NCBI GenBank assembly: GCA_020184695.1
Contig: JAANOX010000083.1
Span: forward strand, 124,001 to 188,000
Direction of reading: 5' to 3'
DNA: 64,000 nucleotides
Source of the DNA: Histomonas meleagridis 2922-C6/04-290x
Lineage: Eukaryota; Protista; Parabasalia
Under the pieces are notes generated by a model. The model was given only the letters and a program-made list of their open reading frames with translations. It did no database searches and was not told where the DNA came from. Below are positions 21,510 through 30,129 of this stretch, piece after piece. A program made the translations under genes and the position numbers. Numbering within the stretch: the stretch's first letter is position 1; each line of letters starts with the position of its first letter.

Positions 21510-23609
21510 TTACTTACTTTTTTTTAATAACTTAGGTATTTTAGTATGATGATTTGCTGTTGCAAGCATTAATGCTGTTTGAAATAATTTAAATGATCTC
21601 CAATTATAATTTTGAAACATTAAATCAACAAGTCAAATTTTAAGAAAAAGAATTATATGTTTTTAATTGTAATATCAATTCCTTTTTGTTCAACAAGTAA
21701 TTTAACGATTTCAGTAAAGCCTTTTTGAGATGCTTGCATAAGTGGTGTCCAAAATAATTTAAATAATTTCCAAACATTATTTTAAAACATAAAATTATTA
21801 AAATAAATAATAAATTAAACGAAAAAATATCTTTAACATTGATATCGCATACATTTAGTTCAAGAAGTAATTGAACTACTTCGATTTTACCTTTCTTAAC
21901 TGCCCAATAAAGCGCTGTTTGGAATATATCGAGTAATTTTCGAATATTATTATGAAATATAAAATTATTTCAATAAATATGAAATAAGACAAATAAACAT
22001 CTGCAGCATTAATATCAATTCCTTTTTGTTGAAGAAGTAATTTAGCTATTTCTATATACCCATTTTCAGCTGCATGCATAAGTGCTGTTTTAAATGATAT
22101 AAATAATTTCCCAATATTATTTTGAAATGCAAAATTGCTAAAATGAATATAAAACAAAACAAATAAATATCTTTAGCATTAACATCAATTCCTTCTTGTT
22201 CAAGAAGTAATTTAACTATATCTAGATAACCCTTTGAAGTTGCTGCAATAAGTGGTGCCCAAAGTAACATAAATAATTTCCAAATATTATTATGAAATAA
22301 AAAATCGTTAAAACAAATTTTAGATATAACAAATATATATCTTGTGCATTAACATCAATTCCTAATTGATCAATAAGTATTTTAATTATTTCTATATTAT
22401 CTTTAAAAGATGCTTCAATCAGAACAGTTCTAAATAATATAAAAAAATTCTAAAAATATTTTAGAAACATCAAATCATTAAAATAATTTTCAAATGAATT
22501 CAATTAATATCTTGCTCATTAACATCAATTTCATCATGCTCTAAAACAAATTTAATAAGTTCGATGTTTTCTGATTTAACAGAAGCGAATAAAATATCTT
22601 TTGGAATTTGAATTCTTTTAAGGAAATATTTAACGAGAAATATATTTCCTTTTAATGCTGCTTCATTGATAATATTATCATTAATTTTCATTCCTTCTTT
22701 ATACAAAAATGTTAAAATTTCATAATTATGATATAAAACACAATTCCGTCCTAAATTAGTGAGATTAGGAATATCTCCAATTTTGTTTTCATAAAGATAT
22801 TTAAAGATATCGTTTCTATTAAATCTTATTACTGTTTCATATGCACCTTTAAATGTTGAATGATTTTGTTCACATAAATGAACAATTTCAAGATTTCCAC
22901 CTGCAACTGCAAACATACCTGCGTTTTCTATATTAGCTTCATTCATAAGTAAAAGCTTAAAACATTTAGTTGCACCAAAAAATGCTGCATAATCAATTAA
23001 TGTAACATCTGTTTGTTTAATGAATGAATATCTTTCATAAATCGTTGAAACAATCTGCTGACTATAATTGAAATTCGATTGCGATGTTATTTCTTGAAGT
23101 TTTTCTATTTCATCATTTCGAATTATTGTTGCAATTTCATCTGGATTAACTCCTTCTTTAATTAATTTATTCTTAAGTGCAATTTCATCTTCTGTTTGTT
23201 GGATTTCATTATTTTTATTCTTTTGCTTTTCGAGGATTGACGGATCAAGTAAATGATTTTCAACCATATTATAAAGAAGATATGTTGCATCATTATTAAG
23301 TACATGTTGTGTAAATAATTCAAATATTTTGGTTTTGTTATTATTTTCTTCATATGTTTTAATTTCTTTCAAAAAATCAAATATAAAATCAATATTACCA
23401 ATTATAGTTTCATAAAATGCATATATCATTTGACTAACAATGAGGCTAAAAGAGTAAGTGCATTTATTAACTGATTTGCTGAATAATAAATTTGCTGATT
23501 TCTTGATGTTTTCTTTGTTTAAACTGAAAATTATTTCCCTAATTGATAAAAGTAGTTGCCATTCAATATTTTGCTTTTTTGGAGAAGTTGTTTGATTTTT
23601 TGTTGACAT
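21510..23609 (-). CDS. DUF3447-ankyrin repeat protein with six interrupted ankyrin junctions
   Basis: ORF 22500-23609 is paralogous to 8245-9399. Five full 90-nt ankyrin cores and a terminal partial repeat (TALMLATANHHTKIPKLLKKSK, TAA ending at 21510) follow. Confidence 0.78.
21579..22508 (-). repeat. Ankyrin core/insert tandem array 2, exact 170-bp period
   Basis: Inserts at 22508-22429, 22338-22259, 22168-22089, 21998-21919, 21828-21749 and 21658-21579 are all 80 nt. Cores are all 90 nt. Confidence 0.93.
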
Positions 23610-23780
23610 TAAATGACATAACCGTTAAACAGCACTTTTTCATAAAATTCAAAAACATAAAATACAAAAATAAAATTTTATTTGTTATTTGTTTTATTCA
23701 CATTAAAAAAATATTATGTTTTAATCAAGTATTTATAAAGATATATGTTACACGAACATTTCAAAAATGATAGTAACAAT

Positions 23781-24608
23781 TTAATCAATTATATCGCCAT
23801 TCTGTTCCAATATATCATTCACAAAATTTGTTAGTTCTGTTGAAACAAATTTTCTTGGTTTAACTATGTTTAGCATTTCAAAAGCCGATGCAATTCCTCT
23901 TTGCAATGTGTGATCAATATATACTTCAAAAGCTTTTTGCTGTGACTTTATGTTTGCATTATAGCTCTGATCTTCTTTTTGGATTGCTTCGTCAAGCTTT
24001 CGTTGCATATTGGTAAGTTCTGATTTATGTTTTGCAACAAGTTTGTGTTGCAGTAAATCATATTTCCTGTTTACAGTATCGACTCTCTGTGAGATTATCT
24101 TTTCTTTTTCACGTTCATATCTTGCTTTGAATTTTTTGGCTTCATTTATTTGATTATTAAGTGCAGCTTTTTTGGAAGCTATACGAGTTTCCTCAATCTC
24201 TGGAATGGGTATAACGCTTTGCTTGGATATAGCTGCTTCTCTTTTACTTTCTAAATTATCAATCTCTTTTTGTTGTTTTTCTTTCAATGATTCGATTAAT
24301 TCATTATACTTGAGATATAACTCAAGAGTTTTATGTTTGTGATCTTCAATAATTTTAGTAACATTTTCATGGAAACTATTTTCAGCTTCTTCTATTCCTT
24401 CAACTAACCATTTCTTAGTAACTTCTAAAACCTCATTTGTATTATCTATTTCAGTTCTGGTTTTTAATATTGATTCTAACTCTTCTGTTTTTTCCAAATC
24501 CATTTCTTGAATAGCTTTAGCTTTTTCTCTTTGAAGTTGAGGCGTACTCATTGATTCATAAGGCGTTGATAATTTTGTTTTTTGACTTGTAGTTTTGCGT
24601 TTGCTCAT
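23781..24608 (-). CDS. Coiled-coil hypothetical protein, 275 aa
   Basis: Intact ORF rich in E/K/Q with heptad character. Similar in style to 49284-50039. Confidence 0.8.
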   Translation of the reverse strand: MSKRKTTSQKTKLSTPYESMSTPQLQREKAKAIQEMDLEKTEELESILKTRTEIDNTNEVLEVTKKWLVEGIEEAENSFHENVTKIIEDHKHKTLELYLKYNELIESLKEKQQKEIDNLESKREAAISKQSVIPIPEIEETRIASKKAALNNQINEAKKFKARYEREKEKIISQRVDTVNRKYDLLQHKLVAKHKSELTNMQRKLDEAIQKEDQSYNANIKSQQKAFEVYIDHTLQRGIASAFEMLNIVKPRKFVSTELTNFVNDILEQNGDIID

Positions 24609-24662
24609 TTGTTAGAACGAATTTGGATTTTTTTTAAAAGTGGCGCTTAACGTCCGTAAATA

Positions 24663-24941
24663 ATGATGAGCAAAAATGGAACAGAAAACAAAAAACAAAC
24701 AGACAAAATAAGAACAGAAATATCCCCAGTTCCATATCCAATTTCTTCAACTTTTCTGACAAGGGAATTAATTAAACCATGGAGAAGAACAGATAAATTG
24801 GAATGCATTGAAACCCAGCTTCCTACTAGTCAGATTTGGGTTCAATCCCATCAGCAAATGTTTGAATTACAAGTTGATGCAAAACACAGAGGAGAACCTG
24901 ATATTACTCGATCATTTTTTGAATCACCATATCCTCAATAA
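24663..24941 (+). CDS. Small hypothetical protein, 92 aa
   Basis: ATG start, TAA stop, divergent from the 24608 gene across 54 bp, fills an otherwise empty gap. Confidence 0.6.
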   Translation: MMSKNGTENKKQTDKIRTEISPVPYPISSTFLTRELIKPWRRTDKLECIETQLPTSQIWVQSHQQMFELQVDAKHRGEPDITRSFFESPYPQ

Positions 24942-24995
24942 AAATCATCACGAGTTATTATCCACAAATTTATAAATAAAAAAATTATTATTATT

Positions 24996-26687
24996 TTAAT
25001 TTACAGAATTATTTTGATATTTTTTCCGAATTTCTCTAGGAATGTATTTGATCAATACATCTTGTATTTCTTTAGGTTGATGAAAGTAATAATTTATACA
25101 TTCATCAGGTTCTTTTTCGCATAACAAAAATAACAATTTTTCTTTTGGGGAATCGCCGCAAATTTTTTTTGAATATAATATTAAACATAACAAATTATGT
25201 AAAGTTGATTTCCATAATTTTTCATTTGGTTTATTCTCATACATAAACAAAAACAATTGTTCATACATCAAAGGTCTTTGAGTTTTAGTCACGACATTGA
25301 TTATATTATCAGCCAATGATTGGAATGAAGTTTCTTGAATTAAAGATTGTACTAAATGAAGTAATTCGTTATCTTTAGTTAACGCGGGAGGATTACGTAC
25401 AGCATGTAAAACAAAAGAGATAATATCATTAAGATATTTACCCAAAATTTCAGGATAAAGTAGAATTAAATATGAAAGAACTTTAGCAAGTAAAGGTGCT
25501 GTCTTTTTATGTATTGGAAACGCAGTAGTTAAAACAGATTCTGTAATAACCATTCCGGATTCCAATAGAGGCTGATTGGACTCAATTGTATTTAGAAGAA
25601 TTTCTAAAAAAGTCGATTTTTCGAGCCATGTTTCATGAGTAAAATCATGTAAAAGAAATTTTATTGATTGTTTTCTTGGTTGTGTGATTTTACTTTTTGG
25701 TATTTGTTTTGTATTGTTTGATGATGATTTATTGATATTATTTTGTTTGAGTTTTGTTTCATTTGGTATTCTTCGTGTTGTGTTTGTTTTAATTTGTTCT
25801 GTTTTTTGTTTTCGTGTTCGCATTTTATAATAACTATTACTTGGAATTTCTGCGCTTTGATTTTGTGTAAATGAAATTGATATTTCCGTTGTCGTTTTAT
25901 TATTATTTGTGGATTCATTTTGTTGTGTTAATTGTTTAGATTTAATATGTTGTTGAAAATATGAATGAGTTGAAGTATTAATTTGTGTGTTACAATTAAT
26001 TTTTGGTTTTATATTTTGCTTTGTTTTGGGTTTTTTCTCTATAAAATTTGTAGAATTTGATGTAGTTTCTTTTATTGTTGGATGAACTTTTGAAAGTTTT
26101 TGATATGCACTAAGTGAAAGTTTGGTTCCGGAAAGTGCATTTTTTACTATTTCTTCATCTGCATTGAAAAAAATCGTTTCTGCTAAATTTCGTATCTTAA
26201 TGTTGGGATCATCAAGCAAAATTGCAATACTATGAAGAGGTATTTTATTTGGTACTTTTGATAAAAGAGTCAGCAAGTGGAACCGAACATTTTGTGATCG
26301 ACTATTGAGTAAACAATGTTCAATTTCATTCCACCAAATACTAGAATCTAAATTTTCAAATATTACTCTTAGGCAAAAAATTGATGATCGAACAATATTT
26401 TTGTTAATTGATGAAAGTGAAAAGCAAAACAAGGGGATTGCTAATGTTGGATCATAAATTGCATCAAAATGTGTTAAAAATAAATACTCTGTTAAAGAAC
26501 ATGCAATTGATCGAAGCTTATAATGATTGTGATTGAGTAAAGGGATAAGTAACTGAAATAATTTATCACATTCTTTAGATGATAGATCAAATAAATCATC
26601 ATGTATTAGGTCTGAAATATATGATAGTCCAGATATTATTGAATCTAAATTATCGCTTGCTATTGCGTCAAACACGCCTTCATCCAT
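24996..26687 (-). CDS. HEAT/TOG-like (CLASP N-terminal-like) repeat protein, about 563 aa
   Basis: N-terminal HEAT-like helices (LLIPLLNHNHYKLRSIAC, LLDDPNIKIRNLA), a basic low-complexity linker and a helical C domain. First ATG at 26687. Confidence 0.6.
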   Translation of the reverse strand: MDEGVFDAIASDNLDSIISGLSYISDLIHDDLFDLSSKECDKLFQLLIPLLNHNHYKLRSIACSLTEYLFLTHFDAIYDPTLAIPLFCFSLSSINKNIVRSSIFCLRVIFENLDSSIWWNEIEHCLLNSRSQNVRFHLLTLLSKVPNKIPLHSIAILLDDPNIKIRNLAETIFFNADEEIVKNALSGTKLSLSAYQKLSKVHPTIKETTSNSTNFIEKKPKTKQNIKPKINCNTQINTSTHSYFQQHIKSKQLTQQNESTNNNKTTTEISISFTQNQSAEIPSNSYYKMRTRKQKTEQIKTNTTRRIPNETKLKQNNINKSSSNNTKQIPKSKITQPRKQSIKFLLHDFTHETWLEKSTFLEILLNTIESNQPLLESGMVITESVLTTAFPIHKKTAPLLAKVLSYLILLYPEILGKYLNDIISFVLHAVRNPPALTKDNELLHLVQSLIQETSFQSLADNIINVVTKTQRPLMYEQLFLFMYENKPNEKLWKSTLHNLLCLILYSKKICGDSPKEKLLFLLCEKEPDECINYYFHQPKEIQDVLIKYIPREIRKKYQNNSVN

Positions 26688-26795
26688 AAATTGTACGTTA
26701 ATTTTTACAAAGTTTAAATTCGAACAAATTAACGAAATTTTAGAGTACATTTTTTATTTAAACTTTTGAAAAAACGAATCACTATAATAAATACT

Positions 26796-27449
26796 TTAGT
26801 TATCAAACCAAAAAACTATTCTGATGTTTTCAGTGTTTCTGTAAGCTCCTTCTGGATCTTCCTCCCACTGCCATATCGGAATAACGCCAAGTGCATCTGC
26901 CTTCTTTTTAAGCTGTTGAATCAAATATCCGAGAGGACACTCTGTTTCCCATTCACGGAGTTCATGTCCTGGTATATTTGTCCACATGCACCAGCTATTA
27001 GGGATAATCCCTTTCTCGTCAAATGCAACTAAGTCTTTTGGGCTTAGCATTCCTGCTACTTTTGTTGGAGGTGCAATTTTTTGATAATCGATAAGTTCTT
27101 TCAATGTGAAATATGAGTGACTGTGGCAAGAGTTGCCCCACCTTTCGCACTCAAGTTGAACTTCCTTGGTGACATCATCGGGGAGCCCGCGGGGAGGACA
27201 CATAACAGCATTTTCGAAATCATTACGAACATCTGCAAGAACTGCAAACATTTCATATGAACGTCCAACAGAAAGTTCATCTGGAACAAGTTCTATGGTT
27301 TTTATTTCGTGAGTTGAGAAAGAATAAGGTTCTCTAAAATCATCACCACATTTCCATTCACCATTCTCATATATAGGTTGGTTATTACTTCCATGGTTGG
27401 TGACCTTTTTTTCTTTGTATTCAACGTGAACATGGATATCTGTTCCCAT
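26796..27449 (-). CDS. Bacterial/phage-type conserved hypothetical protein, 217 aa
   Basis: MGTDIHVHVE..RSYEMFAVLADVRN..PRGLPDD..WG..HSHSYFTLKEL..RIVFWFDN. This motif set recalls a family of phage/bacterial hypothetical proteins. Confidence 0.7.
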   Translation of the reverse strand: MGTDIHVHVEYKEKKVTNHGSNNQPIYENGEWKCGDDFREPYSFSTHEIKTIELVPDELSVGRSYEMFAVLADVRNDFENAVMCPPRGLPDDVTKEVQLECERWGNSCHSHSYFTLKELIDYQKIAPPTKVAGMLSPKDLVAFDEKGIIPNSWCMWTNIPGHELREWETECPLGYLIQQLKKKADALGVIPIWQWEEDPEGAYRNTENIRIVFWFDN

Positions 27450-27607
27450 TCTTAAGTAAAGGGAATTCCCTAGAAACCAAGCTGGAACGATCAAATTACT
27501 ATCAAAAATGGATATTGTGAGATATTTAATCGTATTTCATTTGCTATGATGACACTTTTTAAACTGCCAAATTAATTCAAATTTTCTAACGTTTGGCATT
27601 TTTTAAA

Positions 27608-28105
27608 ATGGACACCATTAACATTCTGCTGATGGGTGATGAAAAATGCCATAAGACAAGTATTATACTTTACTACGTTCGTGGGGAATTTACTGAAAAA
27701 GATACACCAACACTTGATGACGATTTCAGCAAAACTTTTGAATTTGAAGGTAAAGAAATTACAATAAAAATCAGCGATGATGACATTTATCCAGCTTCCG
27801 TGCACCAGCTGCGCCAACGCAGCATAGCAAAATATGATGCGTTTATATTTTTATATTCCACTTAAGATCCAATTTCATGAAATTAAAAGATGATTACAAT
27901 GAGATCAAAGAGGTGAAGAAGAGGTTTCCTTGTTTCTGGAGGTCGATCTTTAGCCGAAATGGTTGGCTGCCAAGTTATCGAAATAAACCTAAAAGAGAAC
28001 ACAGGGATTAATGAGCTTTTCGATGAACTATTAAAAGCTTTGAAGAATTTGTTGACCAATAGCAGCAAAAAAGGAAAAAAGAAAGATGGATGCTATGTTC
28101 AATGA
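27608..28105 (+). pseudogene. Degenerate Ras-family small GTPase
   Basis: INILLMGDEKCHKTS (eroded P-loop), PTLDDDFSK effector region and DAFIFLYS, then TAA at 27863-27865 and an apparent deletion. The tail IEINLKENTGINELFDEL..KKGKKKDGCYVQ* ends in a polybasic plus CaaX-like signal. Confidence 0.7.
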
Positions 28106-28448
28106 GGAAAATAGCTTAAGTCGATCATTAAATAACATTTGATTTTTTCGTTTTAACACCCCGAATTGTTACTGAAGGAAAATGTTTCACACTTCCTGAA
28201 ATGTATGATATTCATTATAAAAATTTATTCACATACGTACATGGCTTGCAGATTTGGCATGTGTAGATAAATAATAATAATAAAAATACTAAAATTTAGG
28301 TTAACCCTAAAATGATATTACGATCCCGTTATTACCCTTATTTCTCCATAAAATTTAGTCCAAAACTGCATATTAAAAATTAATTAAAAACATAAGAAAA
28401 ATAGCTGTATACATCGCACTTTATTTAGATAACAAACATACAAATGAC

Positions 28449-29681
28449 CTAATCTATTTTTGTATACACTCTAAACAAAACAAACACGAACACCGCAATC
28501 AATGTATCGACTACGTATCTAAACAAAAATGTTACACATTTTTCTTCACCAAATGTATCATTTGAAGCCAAAAATCCCAAAATAAAAGAAATCCACGAGA
28601 TTATTGCCAACACCAAAACTAATCTTTCCGCCGCAATATTTCGATCATTTTTATCAATATGACTAATTAATTTTATAGCAAGGAATGAGTTATGTAATAC
28701 TTGCAACAGAATTAAAACCATTTTCAGTATTTTGACATAACTTTCGATATCCTTTACAAAATAACTTACATAAATAGTAATCGAAGAAAAAATATATAAC
28801 GAAGTCGAAATTAATGACCATTTCCATCGAAACTCTTTTTTCTTATAAACAAGTTCGAGGCCTAATGCCCATAGATATTTAAAAGCGCATATTGAAAGTA
28901 TCGAAAGATAATTCAAAGCGGAAATTACAAAGTTTGGAATCATATTTGAATTATTTGTTTTGATTTTAATTAAAAATGTTGAAAACAAAACTAATAAATA
29001 AGAAAGTAATTTCATCTTTGGTAACAAACTGGAAACAGCAATTCCAACGGAACAATATAATGTGATTAACGTAGTAAGAAATGATAAAATTGTTTTTACA
29101 CTTAATTTATATAATACATCCGAAGTTGGATATATCGTTTGATATGATGAAGAGCCTTCATATAAAGAAATTGATCCCGAAAAAGTACAAACAATTTGTA
29201 ATGAGTTACTTTTGATGTCAGGTTGCTCAAAGAGTTGGACTAAATTGGTGCCTTTTAATGGAATTTTTGAACTCGCGCTATAATTGGATATTATTTTTTT
29301 GTTATAAAAAAGTGTACCATTACATGCAACAAAAATAGAGTCATCTGTTTCTGCACGCGTCCTAATCTGTGTTATTACTTTGCCATTTTTGCGGAATGGT
29401 CTTTTTGCTTCGTAATTGTAAAGAATAAATAAATCTGTCTTATACATAAAATGGATGGAAGAAAAGTTGTACTTAGAGTCATCACAATAAAAGGCAGTTG
29501 TTAATAGGATTATAAAAATAACGGAAAAAATTATGATGAATGGAATGATGTTTCGTAATGTTAATTTTTCAAATGCAATAGGTTTCCCAAGGCCTTCCAT
29601 GTGTTCGTAAATTTTTTGGATGAATGAAATTTTGGTTTGACTTTTATCATCGATCAGATTTTGGTTATGTTCGTTTTCCAT
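28449..29681 (-). CDS. Multi-pass membrane protein (N-terminal TM, lumenal domain, about 6-7 C-terminal TMs), 410 aa
   Basis: Hydrophobicity pattern read by eye. Topology resembles GOST/Wntless-like proteins (inference). Confidence 0.7.
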   Translation of the reverse strand: MENEHNQNLIDDKSQTKISFIQKIYEHMEGLGKPIAFEKLTLRNIIPFIIIFSVIFIILLTTAFYCDDSKYNFSSIHFMYKTDLFILYNYEAKRPFRKNGKVITQIRTRAETDDSIFVACNGTLFYNKKIISNYSASSKIPLKGTNLVQLFEQPDIKSNSLQIVCTFSGSISLYEGSSSYQTIYPTSDVLYKLSVKTILSFLTTLITLYCSVGIAVSSLLPKMKLLSYLLVLFSTFLIKIKTNNSNMIPNFVISALNYLSILSICAFKYLWALGLELVYKKKEFRWKWSLISTSLYIFSSITIYVSYFVKDIESYVKILKMVLILLQVLHNSFLAIKLISHIDKNDRNIAAERLVLVLAIISWISFILGFLASNDTFGEEKCVTFLFRYVVDTLIAVFVFVLFRVYTKID

Positions 29682-30129
29682 TAATTTTTTGCTGTTATGA
29701 AACTTTTTGATACCTTACTTGGTCATCTGATTTTTTTGTGAATGACGATAATAAGCTTCAGAATATCGAACCAACCAAATTATTTTGAAAAGTGCTTTCA
29801 AATGATTTTTTACACGGAACGACATCATAGAACTGCCGATAGTAAATTCAATGATGTAAAATCGTTTTTAACAGAAAATAATATTATTGTGGCTACAGTT
29901 GGGTTTGATTTCAGGATTATAGGATAAAAATCAAGAGTTAAAAAAGAAACACTCTGTTCTTATTATTGTTATCAAAAAATTTCTTGATTCATCTGTGAAA
30001 GTTTTATGAAATTGAAAAAAAAATTGTACTTTAATTCTTATATTAAATCTTCATTAGATGAAATTTTTTTAACAGTTTCAATGTTTTTTCTATCTAATCA
30101 AAACACCAATTTATAGTTTCATCAAAAGT

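Noticed and set aside
21579-21780. Conserved hairpin at the 3' end of inserts (TTGGAAAT..ATTTCAA)
   Set aside because: Pairing is lost in inserts ending TTTTGG or TTTAGA, and such AT-rich palindromes arise easily by chance.
6464-22428. The AG in ACA-GCA (Thr-Ala) as a canonical 3' splice site for ankyrin inserts
   Set aside because: It is absent where the codons are ACT GCA, AGC CCA, GCA CCA, ACA CCA or ACT GTT. A matching phase-1 GT exists only sporadically (e.g. near 7850), and its use would delete the conserved Asp and Thr.
21579-22508. Paramecium-style TA-bounded IES excision or simple direct-repeat deletion
   Set aside because: Excision between the obvious TA or TATTT repeats at the two ends leaves the next core out of frame.
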